From: Clostridia bacterium
GTDB taxonomy: Bacteria; Bacillota; Clostridia; JAAYHZ01
Assembly (NCBI GenBank): GCA_050950825.1
Contig: JBMNIH010000003.1
Span: 96,001 to 160,000, forward strand
DNA length: 64,000 nucleotides
Reading direction: 5' to 3'
In this document: positions 10,204 to 19,535 of the stretch, one piece after another
Position numbering within the stretch: position 1 is the stretch's first letter
How the letters are laid out: the number at the start of each line of letters is the position of its first letter
The notes under the pieces: model-generated
Told to the model about the DNA's origin: nothing
What the model saw: only the letters and a program-made list of their open reading frames with translations
Database searches by the model: none
Program-made: the position numbers and the translations under genes

Positions 10204-11718
10204 TCAATACATCCCCAGTTGTTGGGCAAGCCACATGCTTTGGCTGTTCATTTTCGCCAGTGCGGATTCCATGGCTGCGAATTTTTTATAGTATTTTTCG
10301 CCCTTCAGATACATTTTATATTCCAGCTCTTTAATGTGATCTTTGTATTCATTGATCTTTTGACTCAAAGCATCGAAATCCACTTTTCCGTTGTAATCGG
10401 TAAAGGATGATAATAGTCGAGGTATGAAGCCGGATTCTTTATACTTAACCGATTTGTCTTCGGAGCTCGAGTTTTGTGTAAACAGCTTCATCACGTTGTC
10501 CCCGTTTTCTTTCAAGGCATTTCTCAGCTTTTGCTCGTCAATAACCAACTTCCCCCTATCATTATATGCCCCCGTCGTTATACCGATATCGGCTAAGCTT
10601 AAGTTCAAGCCCTCAATTTTTTGATAGACGCTTGCTCTTAATTCGTTTAAAAGAGTCGATATACCGATATCGTTTCGAAGCAGTCCTTTTTTCGCTTGCT
10701 CCTCCCATTTTGCTATATCCTCTTCCTTCATTTCTTTCTTTTGCGCTTCCGTCAGAGGAGTATAGTTGTAGTTCTTTTCTTCATAGATCCGATTGTTTAA
10801 ATTTTCGACCAATTCGTTGTAGGCGTTAATAAAATCCTTGATTTTATTAACCGTCGTATCGATATTTTGCGATACGCTGAACGAAATCGGTTTATCCGTT
10901 GTCCCCCTCAGGTTGTACTCAATACCGTCTATGACAAAGGTATTGCTGCTTCGAATCACTTTATAATTGTTAATCGTAATTTCGGCATCTTCTCCGACGA
11001 AGATTCCTTCGTCAATTCCTAAAGCGGAATCATCTCCTACGGCATTCCCCAAGATGTTTTCAACTTGAAGTGTTGCCGAAGATCCGGTAGCCTTTGTCGA
11101 TAAGGTCAATTTATCGGAAAGACTGCTGTAATAAACGGTAACGTTGGCTTCGCTGCCGTTGATATCGTTTATCAGCTTTTGAAGAGTATCGTTTTCATCA
11201 AACTCGAAAACGACGTCATTGATGGAAAATGAAATTTTCCCGTTTACAAATTCCAAGGATCTTGCCAAAGGCAAATCTTTTAAAGCGACGGATGTATTCA
11301 GTCCTTGCCCGCCGGATATTTTATCCGCTCCCGTTGCCGTTGCGCCTTTCGCTAATCGCGTAATTTCGTTTATGACATAGTTTCCCGTAATGGCACCGGA
11401 ATTCGCGGTTATCTTCACGTTCGCATTGGATTCCATCTCCACGTCATATGATTTATAAGCCGAAGAAGTATACATATTGGTTTCCGGACTCAAAACACTC
11501 ATATACTTGTTTCGGAATACCCGGATCATATTGTTGACTTCTCTTAAGCTATCGTTTTTCCATTCAACCAAAGTCTTGCTTTTGTACACCTTATCGATCT
11601 TCAGTTGTTCAATCTGCAACAAGCTGTTAACAAGGCTGTCGGTATCCATACCGGAAACCATTCCGGAGATTCTTGTTGAGCTTGATATTCCTGTTAAGTA
11701 ATTGCCATATGACGCCAT
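10204..11718 (-). CDS. fliD: Flagellar filament cap protein FliD
   Basis: RISGMVSGMDTDSLV N-terminus; YTPLTEAQKKEM...WEEQAKKGLLRND; KFAAMESALAKMNSQS C-terminus. Confidence 0.95.
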   Translation of the reverse strand: MASYGNYLTGISSSTRISGMVSGMDTDSLVNSLLQIEQLKIDKVYKSKTLVEWKNDSLREVNNMIRVFRNKYMSVLSPETNMYTSSAYKSYDVEMESNANVKITANSGAITGNYVINEITRLAKGATATGADKISGGQGLNTSVALKDLPLARSLEFVNGKISFSINDVVFEFDENDTLQKLINDINGSEANVTVYYSSLSDKLTLSTKATGSSATLQVENILGNAVGDDSALGIDEGIFVGEDAEITINNYKVIRSSNTFVIDGIEYNLRGTTDKPISFSVSQNIDTTVNKIKDFINAYNELVENLNNRIYEEKNYNYTPLTEAQKKEMKEEDIAKWEEQAKKGLLRNDIGISTLLNELRASVYQKIEGLNLSLADIGITTGAYNDRGKLVIDEQKLRNALKENGDNVMKLFTQNSSSEDKSVKYKESGFIPRLLSSFTDYNGKVDFDALSQKINEYKDHIKELEYKMYLKGEKYYKKFAAMESALAKMNSQSMWLAQQLGMY

Positions 11719-11895
11719 CGGTTTCCTCCTGCTTAAAACATCCTAAGTTTCAAAGTATTCTTTTTAACAACGCTTTTTATAAGTTTGATTCTACTGCAAA
11801 AAGCTCATTCTTACACTCGTAAAATTACACTAATGACATAATAAAATCCAATTTATGGTATTCAATTGCGATAAACGTCCCGAATTTGGGTATCA

Positions 11896-11929
11896 GCTAC
11901 CTCGATTCGATATCAAATCGAGGTAGTTT
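11896..11929 (-). terminator. Long hairpin downstream of the transposase, inside the IS
   Basis: AGCTACCTCGATT-cgatatca-AATCGAGGTAGTT. Confidence 0.55.
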
Positions 11930-11983
11930 TCATGTGTTTTTTACCTTTTGCCTAATAAAAGGCACAATAATCCCTTTTGTTTG

Positions 11984-13570
11984 TCAAGTTGTTACTTTTG
12001 CATATCCGCCTTGCAAAAATTTGATAACTCGTTTTATGTTCTGCGCCATTGATAAGAATCCGCATACAACGGTTGATTTAATCAAACCGCGTACCTTCAT
12101 ATTATTCAGTCCTGTGCGTTTCAACGCCGAAACGGTTCCTTCGATTCCCGCTCTCTTACTAACGTTTTCCTTCCTGCAAGTGGCTATTTCTTCTCGTTTC
12201 CTTGCGGTTTCCATTGCTTTTTCACTGATTCTCACCACACAGTTTTTGTTCTGTTGCTTGCTGTAGCATCTGTTAAAATGCTCGCATTGCAGACAAACAT
12301 CTGTTTCGAAGTATGCCACCAATTGTCCTTTCGCTCTAACCGATCGGAAAGGCATATGACCCGCAGGGCATTTTTCAATCAATCCCGTTTCTTCTTTTAT
12401 TTCAAACTCACTCACCGAGATCTTGTCCGACGGCTTCCGTCCGCACATGTCCGTCAAATGAATTTGGACATCATTGGCTTCCGCGGCTTTGTAAACATCT
12501 TCCGAGTGAAAACCTCCGTCTATGTACATGTCGGTACATCCGGTGTTTTCTTTGACCTTTCGGATTCGCCCGCTTAATATTTCTTTGTCGCTTACAATGT
12601 TGGGCTTAACGGCGTAATCGGTAATCAATTGAACTTTGTTGTCTTTCGAGCAGGTTTCCGATACCTCAAGTACATAGCCGCTTTGCCCTTTATTGCCTTT
12701 CTTTCGATAGGTGGCGTCCTCGTCATAGGCGGATTGAAGCGAATCGGACGAGATTTCTTTGCTCTTCTTCGGTACAAGGTTACCGTTTTTATCGGTCTCC
12801 GACTGTTCTTTGATGAACCGTTCCAGTATGCGAACTTCGTCCGATTCTTTCTTGTCGGGCAGTTCCTTCAATATCTTGAGAGCTTCCGCGCTCATAGACA
12901 AAAGCGTCGTAAGCCTGCTTTCCGTATCGACGGTTCTTACCTTATGCAGCATTTCGGTTTTGAAATCCTTTTCAAGAACCTTCCCCATTGATTCGGGTCT
13001 TTGTTCTTTCGGAATGGCTTTTACCCCTTTCTCCAATACGTCGTAAGCCAATGCCAATCGACCCGCTTTCTTGATATTGCTTACGAACATGGTCGTATCG
13101 GTTCTTTGTTCGTCGAGCGAGGTTCCCGTCAGTTTCGCAAAATTCCTCAGTAACTCTATGAATTGACCGAATAAGAGGTTTTCGTCCTCGGGATGCTCCG
13201 TCAAATATTCATATACTCTTTCCCGAAAGTAATACAGCGTTCTTTCCGATATGTAAATCTCGCCAAGCGTTTTCCCTCCGACGGCATAAGTCGTTTGATA
13301 ATCAAGATATAGGGAATCCAAAAGATCTTGATCATTCAGATCTTTCATATACTTGATATATTCCAAAGACAGCAATATATTCACAGGTGTATTCGGTCTG
13401 CCTGTCTTGCTGTACAATTTCGCAAAAGGTTCTTCGTTGATATGGCAAAATACATGTTCATAGAATACAGGTGCCCAAGATTTTTTAAATCTTTCGCGTG
13501 CTTTTTCATGCATCCAATCGAGACTTGAGAAAATCGGTTGTTGTTTATGTGAATCGTTTGCTCTGAACAT
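11984..13570 (-). CDS. DDE transposase (DUF772 + DDE_Tnp_1_6-like)
   Basis: GRPNTPV; TDTTMFVSN; SLQSAYDEDATYRKK; YIDGGF; Cys motif CPAG...CLQC...C; KRAGIEGTVSALKR. Start at ATG 13570 preferred over TTG 13594. Confidence 0.9.
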   Translation of the reverse strand: MFRANDSHKQQPIFSSLDWMHEKARERFKKSWAPVFYEHVFCHINEEPFAKLYSKTGRPNTPVNILLSLEYIKYMKDLNDQDLLDSLYLDYQTTYAVGGKTLGEIYISERTLYYFRERVYEYLTEHPEDENLLFGQFIELLRNFAKLTGTSLDEQRTDTTMFVSNIKKAGRLALAYDVLEKGVKAIPKEQRPESMGKVLEKDFKTEMLHKVRTVDTESRLTTLLSMSAEALKILKELPDKKESDEVRILERFIKEQSETDKNGNLVPKKSKEISSDSLQSAYDEDATYRKKGNKGQSGYVLEVSETCSKDNKVQLITDYAVKPNIVSDKEILSGRIRKVKENTGCTDMYIDGGFHSEDVYKAAEANDVQIHLTDMCGRKPSDKISVSEFEIKEETGLIEKCPAGHMPFRSVRAKGQLVAYFETDVCLQCEHFNRCYSKQQNKNCVVRISEKAMETARKREEIATCRKENVSKRAGIEGTVSALKRTGLNNMKVRGLIKSTVVCGFLSMAQNIKRVIKFLQGGYAKVTT

Positions 13571-13776
13571 AAAATATATCTCCGGAAAATTCAAAATATG
13601 GATTAATGAAACATATCTATTTTACCATAAAACCTGTCTCAAGTCTAGTGTTTTCAAGTGTTTCGAGGCTTTTTAAGAGCCCTTTATGAAATTTTCTAGG
13701 TACATTAATTGTATAGATTTACTTGAGTTTTTGCAGTAGAATCAAGTTTACATTCATATTCGCTTTTTAGCGGTAA

Positions 13777-13799
13777 AAGGCCCGGTTCGACGGGCCTTT
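13777..13799 (-). terminator. GC-rich hairpin downstream of flagellin 1 (terminator or fliD-leader structure)
   Basis: - strand AAAGGCCCG-tcgaac-CGGGCCTTTT. Confidence 0.55.
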
Positions 13800-13816
13800 C
13801 GCCTATGCAACCTTTT

Positions 13817-13843
13817 TCATCGGTCAATGGGTTTTAAGTGTTA
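13817..13843 (-). promoter_or_regulatory. Putative sigma28 promoter pointing toward fliDST
   Basis: TAAC-N15-ACCGATGA versus consensus TAAA-N15-GCCGATAA. Confidence 0.45.
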
Positions 13844-13877
13844 TATATCAAAGGTTCGCTTTTATTTATGTATCAAA

Positions 13878-14993
13878 CTATCTTAACAGCTGCAGAACCG
13901 TCTGCGGTGTTTGGTTTGCTTGTGCCAACATAGCCGTTGCCGCTTGCGTCAGGATGTTGTTCTTGGTGAATATCATCATTTCTTTTGCCATGTCGACGTC
14001 GCGGATACGGCTTTCGGCGGCTTGCAGGTTTTCCGCAGAAATGTTCAAGCTGTTGATCTTGTGCTCCAATCTGTTCTGGTAAGCGCCTAACTTCGCACGT
14101 TCGGTAGAAACCAGATTGATGGCGTTGTTAACGGATGTAATTGCTGCCGTTGCTCCTTCTCTTGTGGATATATCGGCATCGGCGATTGCCAGACCCTTTG
14201 TGCTCATATCGCCGATCGTCAGAGCCAATTCGTCTCCCGCCAAAGATCCGGTTTGGAAGGTAGGTGTTGCATTAACCGTGATAGTCGCGGTGCCGGCTGT
14301 CAACTCTTTAATGGTCTTGGTGCCCAAATCAATGGATACGTTTAAACCGTCACCGCTAAAATCGATAACCGTAATGTCGCCATCGGCAGGGGTGGTATCC
14401 CAGTCATAGTCTACACTGGCGAGTTCGGTACCTGAAGAGTCGCTTATGCTTATCGTTGCGGTATCCGTACCCAATGTTACTGCAACGGTATAATCGCCTA
14501 CCGCTAAAACTCCCTGGTCATTATTCACCGTGACAATACCGATGTTGTCGTTCTTCACGGAAATGCCGCCAAAGGTCCCGTCCAAAAGAGCTCTGCCGTT
14601 GAAGGTGGTTTTGCTTGCGATGTCGTTGATTTCCTTCTTCAGTTCTGCAAATTCTTGCTGCAGCGCTTCACGGTCCACGTTGTCTTGGTTGGTATCGCTT
14701 GCCGATTGAACGGCCAGCTCGTTCATTCTCTGCAGAATGGCATGAGTTTCGGTTAAAGCACCTTCTGCGGTTTGGATCAATGATATGGCGTCTTGGGAAT
14801 TCTTCGCGGCCATTTCCAATCCGCGGATCTGAGCCTTCATCTTTTCAGAGATTGCCATTCCTGCTGCATCGTCTCCGGCTCTGTTGATTCTGTAACCGGA
14901 TGAAAGCTTTTCAATCGACTTGGATGTGTTGGCATTGTTGATGCTTAAGTATCTTTGTGTGTTTAATGCCATTAGGTTGTTGTTAATACGCAT
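13878..14993 (-). CDS. fliC: Flagellin copy 1 (371 aa)
   Basis: MRINNN...KLSSGYRINRAGDDAAG N-terminus and RIRDVDMAKEM...VLQLLR C-terminus; RBS AAGGAGG before ATG 14993. Confidence 0.97.
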   Translation of the reverse strand: MRINNNLMALNTQRYLSINNANTSKSIEKLSSGYRINRAGDDAAGMAISEKMKAQIRGLEMAAKNSQDAISLIQTAEGALTETHAILQRMNELAVQSASDTNQDNVDREALQQEFAELKKEINDIASKTTFNGRALLDGTFGGISVKNDNIGIVTVNNDQGVLAVGDYTVAVTLGTDTATISISDSSGTELASVDYDWDTTPADGDITVIDFSGDGLNVSIDLGTKTIKELTAGTATITVNATPTFQTGSLAGDELALTIGDMSTKGLAIADADISTREGATAAITSVNNAINLVSTERAKLGAYQNRLEHKINSLNISAENLQAAESRIRDVDMAKEMMIFTKNNILTQAATAMLAQANQTPQTVLQLLR

Positions 14994-15084
14994 AAAATTT
15001 ACCTCCTTGAAAATCTTTTCGCTTCCTTGCTTAGTCCTTTTTTCTCCGTATAGGCGCCTTTTCGGATAAACTTGTTCCGTAACT

Positions 15085-15111
15085 TTATCGTATTTAGAGG
15101 ATAAAACTTTA
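15085..15111 (-). promoter_or_regulatory. sigma28 (FliA) promoter of flagellin 1
   Basis: TAAA-GTTTTATCCTCTAAA-TACGATAA (15-nt spacer). Confidence 0.85.
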
Positions 15112-15178
15112 GACCAATACTTTAAGAATAGTTTTAAAGATTTACATAATTTGCCGCCTCTTTTCGATCGGCAAGGGA

Positions 15179-15200
15179 AAAGCCGGCTTTTGCCGGCTTT
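15179..15200 (-). terminator. Intrinsic terminator of flagellin 2
   Basis: AAAGCCGGC-aaaa-GCCGGCTTTT on the - strand. Confidence 0.8.
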
Positions 15201-15257
15201 CACCTTATTCATCGCTATACTAATCTCGTATTAAGGGCAAGCATTCTGAAATAATAA

Positions 15258-16382
15258 TTATCTCAACAATTGGAGAACCGTCTGCGGTGTCTGGTTTGCT
15301 TGTGCTAACATAGCCGTTGCCGCTTGCGTCAAGATGTTGTTCTTGGTGAATATCATCATTTCTTTTGCCATGTCTACGTCGCGGATACGGCTTTCGGCAG
15401 CCTGCAGGTTTTCCGCAGAAATGTTCAAGCTGTTGATCTTGTGCTCTAATCGGTTCTGGTAAGCACCTAACTTCGCACGTTCGGTAGAAACCAAATTGAT
15501 TGCATTGTTGACAGATGTAATCGCTGCCGTCGCACCTTCTCTTGTGGATATATCGGCAGAATCAATCTGCAAACCTGTTGTGCTCATATTGCTAATTTTC
15601 AGAGCCAATTCGTCTCCCGCCAAAGATCCGGTTTGGAAGGTAGGTGTTGCACCGGTTACCGTTAATTTTGCGGCATCGTTAACGGCCAAATCCGATAGTT
15701 CTTGGTTTAATTCAATGGTTAAATCCAGTTCTTCGATTTTTAATACGGTTTTATCTCCGTTATCTCCATCGATTTTAATGGTTGCCGTTACGGTATTAAA
15801 GTCTGTGACGGTGGTGCTGCTTACTTCAACCTGTATTTCCGATGCGGTCTTACTTGTTACCTTCACATCATATTCACCGGCAGTGAGGGGGCCTCCTCCG
15901 ATAACGTTAACAAGACCTAAAGGATTCGTTGAATCGTCGGCGCCGGCTACCGTATTTCCAAAGGTTCCATCCAAGAGAGCTCTGCCGTTGAAGGTCGTTT
16001 TGCTCGCAATGTCGTTGATTTCCTTCTTCAGTTCTACAAATTCTTGTTGCAACGCTTCACGGTCAACATTGTCTTGGTTGGTGTCGCTTGCCGATTGAAC
16101 AGCCAGTTCATTCATTCTCTGCAGAATGGCATGGGTTTCGGTTAAAGCGCCTTCTGCGGTTTGGATTAAAGAAATGGCGTCTTGGGAATTTTTCGCGGCC
16201 ATTTCCAATCCGCGGATTTGAGCCTTCATCTTTTCGGAAATAGCCATTCCCGCCGCATCGTCTCCGGCTCTGTTGATTCTGTAACCGGACGATAATTTTT
16301 CAATGGATTTGGACGTGTTGGCATTGTTAATGCTCAAGTATCTTTGTGTATTCAGTGCCATTAAATTGTTATTAATACGCAT
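15258..16382 (-). CDS. fliC: Flagellin copy 2 (374 aa)
   Basis: Same conserved D0/D1 termini; different central domain; RBS AAGGAGG. Confidence 0.97.
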   Translation of the reverse strand: MRINNNLMALNTQRYLSINNANTSKSIEKLSSGYRINRAGDDAAGMAISEKMKAQIRGLEMAAKNSQDAISLIQTAEGALTETHAILQRMNELAVQSASDTNQDNVDREALQQEFVELKKEINDIASKTTFNGRALLDGTFGNTVAGADDSTNPLGLVNVIGGGPLTAGEYDVKVTSKTASEIQVEVSSTTVTDFNTVTATIKIDGDNGDKTVLKIEELDLTIELNQELSDLAVNDAAKLTVTGATPTFQTGSLAGDELALKISNMSTTGLQIDSADISTREGATAAITSVNNAINLVSTERAKLGAYQNRLEHKINSLNISAENLQAAESRIRDVDMAKEMMIFTKNNILTQAATAMLAQANQTPQTVLQLLR

Positions 16383-16479
16383 GGTATGTACCTCCTTGAA
16401 ATCTTTTTGCTTCCTTGCTTTTTGCTTTTTAAATTTTCCGAATTCAGCACCTTAATCGGATAAACTCTTTTCAAAATAT

Positions 16480-16506
16480 ATATCGTTCATTATTTAAAAA
16501 ACTTTA
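16480..16506 (-). promoter_or_regulatory. sigma28 promoter of flagellin 2
   Basis: TAAA-GTTTTTTAAATAATG-AACGATAT. Confidence 0.85.
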
Positions 16507-16560
16507 TTGAACTTCTAATTTCAAAAAAATATTTTTTATGATTCGGTGCCTTTCATATAG

Positions 16561-16585
16561 ACAAAGCCGGCCATGCCGGCTTTGT
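16561..16585 (-). terminator. Intrinsic terminator of flagellin 3
   Basis: ACAAAGCCGGC-cat-GCCGGCTTTGT inverted repeat immediately after the stop codon. Confidence 0.8.
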
Positions 16586-16588
16586 CCG

Positions 16589-17737
16589 TTATCTTAACAG
16601 TTGTAGAACCGTTTGCGGTGTTTGGTTTGCTTGTGCCAACATAGCCGTTGCCGCTTGCGTCAAGATGTTGTTCTTGGTGAATACCATCATTTCTTTTGCC
16701 ATGTCGACGTCGCGGATACGGCTTTCGGCGGCCTGCAGGTTTTCCGCAGAAATGTTCAAGCTGTTAATCTTGTGCTCCAATCGGTTCTGGTAAGCGCCTA
16801 ACTTCGCACGTTCGGTAGAAACCAGATTGATAGCGTTGTTAACGGATGTAATCGCCGCCGTTGCTCCTTCTCTTGTGGATATATCGGCGGTGTCAATGCT
16901 TAACCCTTGTGTGCTCATGTCATTGATCGTGAGTGACAATTCGTCTCCGGCTAACGCTCCGGTTTGGAACGTAGGTGTTGCAAAGGTCACACGAATTGTC
17001 GCCGTTTCGCCGTCGGTCATACCCGATAACTTTTTGGTTCCGAAATCAAGAGTTACATTGGATGTCGTGAATGTATAGGTTGTATCGTCTTCGTTCGTTC
17101 CCGATGCCTTTATATCCAAAGTCGCTGATGTTTCTATTGTATTACCGTTTGCATCCTTTAAAGTAAATACTAACGTTAAAGGTTTATCCTCACTATCTGT
17201 AGTAACATCAGCTTCTACGGTGAATTCACCGGTACCTAAAGCTTCCGCTCCCGAGACACCGGTTAAGCCCAAAGACGGAGAACCGTTTGTAAAGGTGACC
17301 GTACCCGTTTGAGAGAAGCTTCCGTCTAAGAGAGTTCTGCCGTTGAAGGTGGTTTTGCTTGCAATGTCGTTGATTTCCTTCTTCAGTTCTGCGAATTCTT
17401 GTTGCAATGCGTCACGGTCAACATTGTTTTGGTTGGTGTCGCTTGCCGATTGAACAGCCAGCTCGTTCATTCTCTGCAGAATCGCATGAGTTTCGGTTAA
17501 AGCACCTTCTGCGGTTTGGATCAAAGAAATGGCGTCTTGCGAGTTTTTCGCGGCCATTTCCAATCCGCGGATCTGAGCCTTCATCTTTTCGGAAATAGCC
17601 ATTCCCGCCGCATCGTCTCCGGCTCTGTTGATTCTGTAACCGGACGATAATTTTTCAATGGATTTGGATGTGTTGGCATTGTTGATACTTAAGTATCTTT
17701 GTGTGTTTAATGCCATTAAGTTGTTGTTAATACGCAT
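16589..17737 (-). CDS. fliC: Flagellin copy 3 (382 aa)
   Basis: Conserved termini; RBS AAGGAGG before ATG 17737. Confidence 0.97.
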   Translation of the reverse strand: MRINNNLMALNTQRYLSINNANTSKSIEKLSSGYRINRAGDDAAGMAISEKMKAQIRGLEMAAKNSQDAISLIQTAEGALTETHAILQRMNELAVQSASDTNQNNVDRDALQQEFAELKKEINDIASKTTFNGRTLLDGSFSQTGTVTFTNGSPSLGLTGVSGAEALGTGEFTVEADVTTDSEDKPLTLVFTLKDANGNTIETSATLDIKASGTNEDDTTYTFTTSNVTLDFGTKKLSGMTDGETATIRVTFATPTFQTGALAGDELSLTINDMSTQGLSIDTADISTREGATAAITSVNNAINLVSTERAKLGAYQNRLEHKINSLNISAENLQAAESRIRDVDMAKEMMVFTKNNILTQAATAMLAQANQTPQTVLQLLR

Positions 17738-17839
17738 AGTATAATACCTCCTTGATAGCCTTCCGGCTTCCTTGCCGTTATTAAACCGAACAGTTTTTCC
17801 GAATCGGGCGCCTTGATTCAATTTTCTGTTTCGTAAAGA

Positions 17840-17866
17840 ATATCGTTCTTTATGGAGAGAACTTTA
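17840..17866 (-). promoter_or_regulatory. sigma28 promoter of flagellin 3
   Basis: TAAA-GTTCTCTCCATAAAG-AACGATAT. Confidence 0.85.
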
Positions 17867-17975
17867 GGAGGTTTATTAAAAAAGTTATTCGAACAAAAGA
17901 GCTATAAAAAGAGTCCAAACCTCCGTTTCTTAAGCGGCATCTGTTTGAACCCTAAAAGACGAATGATAATTTTGT

Positions 17976-18560
17976 TTAAACCTTCTTGTCGATTTTCGTT
18001 CCTTTTTTATCCGTTTGGCTTCGGTATATAGGATGATGCTTCATCGTCGGCAGTTCCTTGTGATGCCGCTTCTTCACGTGAACCTCCACCCTATGAGGAT
18101 GAACGATAATTTTCGGTCTTGATTCCACCTTCCACTCGATCTCCAGCTCCGGTTTTGACCATTCGATCTCCAAATCTCCCGGATCCCAAACAATTGTATG
18201 GTTCGGTATAAACCTGGAGCTGATGTCTACTATATCTTTCGGATATCGTATCAAAGGCTCCGGCGTGAATCTTTCTTTGCCTTCCATACCGATAGCCCCT
18301 GCTTTGTTCGATGCGGCTAAACTTACGGCACCTAAACTAAAATGCCGAGACTTTAATGATCTTTCCCAAACGAAGCCCAAATGATTTAAAGATCCGGATC
18401 CTGAGGAACGAAACTCCCGATTTATCGTAAATCTCGGCGGTCGTCTGTGCACTTGAAGCCGGGCATTCTTTTGCCTGATATTAAGCTTCGGCTTAGGGCT
18501 TTGAATTTCTATCCATGCTCGTTGGGTTCTGATCTCAATATCCGTTGCCGTTCTCCACAT
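17976..18560 (-). CDS. DUF6470/YviE-like flagellar-operon protein
   Basis: Position after flgL; beta-strand pattern IEIQSPKPKLNIRQ...PGDLEIEW; C-terminal IDKKV. Start codon uncertain. Confidence 0.6.
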   Translation of the reverse strand: MWRTATDIEIRTQRAWIEIQSPKPKLNIRQKNARLQVHRRPPRFTINREFRSSGSGSLNHLGFVWERSLKSRHFSLGAVSLAASNKAGAIGMEGKERFTPEPLIRYPKDIVDISSRFIPNHTIVWDPGDLEIEWSKPELEIEWKVESRPKIIVHPHRVEVHVKKRHHKELPTMKHHPIYRSQTDKKGTKIDKKV

Positions 18561-18593
18561 ACCAAATACATTCCAAAGCTTAAATTTAAATTA

Positions 18594-19517
18594 TCATTTT
18601 AGAAAATCCAACAAGGAGGGCTGTATCGCTCCGGCGCCTACGGCTAATGCCGTTCTGTACACCGCTTCTTGAAGCTTCAATTGGGTGATTACTTCCGCTT
18701 CGTCGATACCCTCAATGGACGCTTGAATTTCTTTGTAATTGTACCAATCGTCCTCGTAGCGGGATATCAAATCCTCCAGCCTGTTGTACTTCCCGCCGAT
18801 TTCGGACACAAGGGAGGTAATGTGTTCTTTGGCGTTATTCAGCTTCCCCACGAATTCTCTTACGGGCAAATCGTTTTTAAGAGCGTTTTCAATGTCGGAA
18901 AGCATGCTTAAAATATTGTCGGGACCGTACCCGATCGCTTTCAAGCCGTTGACGCTTACATCCATATCAAGGTCTTTTCCTAATCGATATACGACCGTCT
19001 CGTTCTTAAAGGCCGCAAGGACGGAAGGATCTCCTGACAATATATTGACGCCGTTATATAGAATTTCTCCGCCGGTATAGGTAAACGGAGCCTTGGAAAT
19101 ATTCTTTCCGCCAAACAGGTATTGGCCCTTGCAGGTGGAATTTAACGTGTCAATGCAGTGCTCCATAATTTGCTTTATTTCCAATGCGATATCGTCTTTG
19201 TCCGTTACGTTATTCGTATCGTTGGAAGCGAATACGGTCAATTCGTATGCACGGGACAAATAGTCGCTTATATCCATCAACGCCGTTTCGGTAAAAGCCA
19301 AAAGGGTTCTTGCATCTTCCGCGTTTTTCTTGTATTGCTCCGTTCTTTGCAGGCTGCTTCTTGTTTGAAGGCTTATGGCCGCTCCGACGGGATCATCCGA
19401 AAGCTTTGTGATTTTCGTATTCATCAAAAGCTGCGTTTGGTACTTGTTCATTTTTTGCAAATTCGCATTAAGGTTTTTAATTAGACTGTGAGATACCATG
19501 GAGTTGGTAATACGCAT
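18594..19517 (-). CDS. flgL: Hook-associated protein FlgL
   Basis: MRITNSM...KLSDDPVGA...GQYLFGG...IQPSLLDFLK. Confidence 0.95.
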   Translation of the reverse strand: MRITNSMVSHSLIKNLNANLQKMNKYQTQLLMNTKITKLSDDPVGAAISLQTRSSLQRTEQYKKNAEDARTLLAFTETALMDISDYLSRAYELTVFASNDTNNVTDKDDIALEIKQIMEHCIDTLNSTCKGQYLFGGKNISKAPFTYTGGEILYNGVNILSGDPSVLAAFKNETVVYRLGKDLDMDVSVNGLKAIGYGPDNILSMLSDIENALKNDLPVREFVGKLNNAKEHITSLVSEIGGKYNRLEDLISRYEDDWYNYKEIQASIEGIDEAEVITQLKLQEAVYRTALAVGAGAIQPSLLDFLK

Positions 19518-19535
19518 TTTACAGATCCCCCTCTA

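Larger units (their letters stand above)
11787..13743 (-). mobile_element. Insertion sequence (IS1182-like DDE family), 1957 bp, apparently intact
   Basis: TIRs GATTCTACTGCAAAAA (16 bp perfect, extending to ~21 bp with one indel) at 11787 and 13743; 6-bp direct repeat AAGTTT at 11781-11786 and 13744-13749; encloses one transposase. Family assignment is by eye. Confidence 0.9.

Noticed and set aside
14994-17821. N-terminally extended flagellins (444 aa and 410 aa ORF calls)
   Set aside because: The extensions run through the leader (and promoter for copy 1); strong RBSs place the starts at 14993 and 17737.
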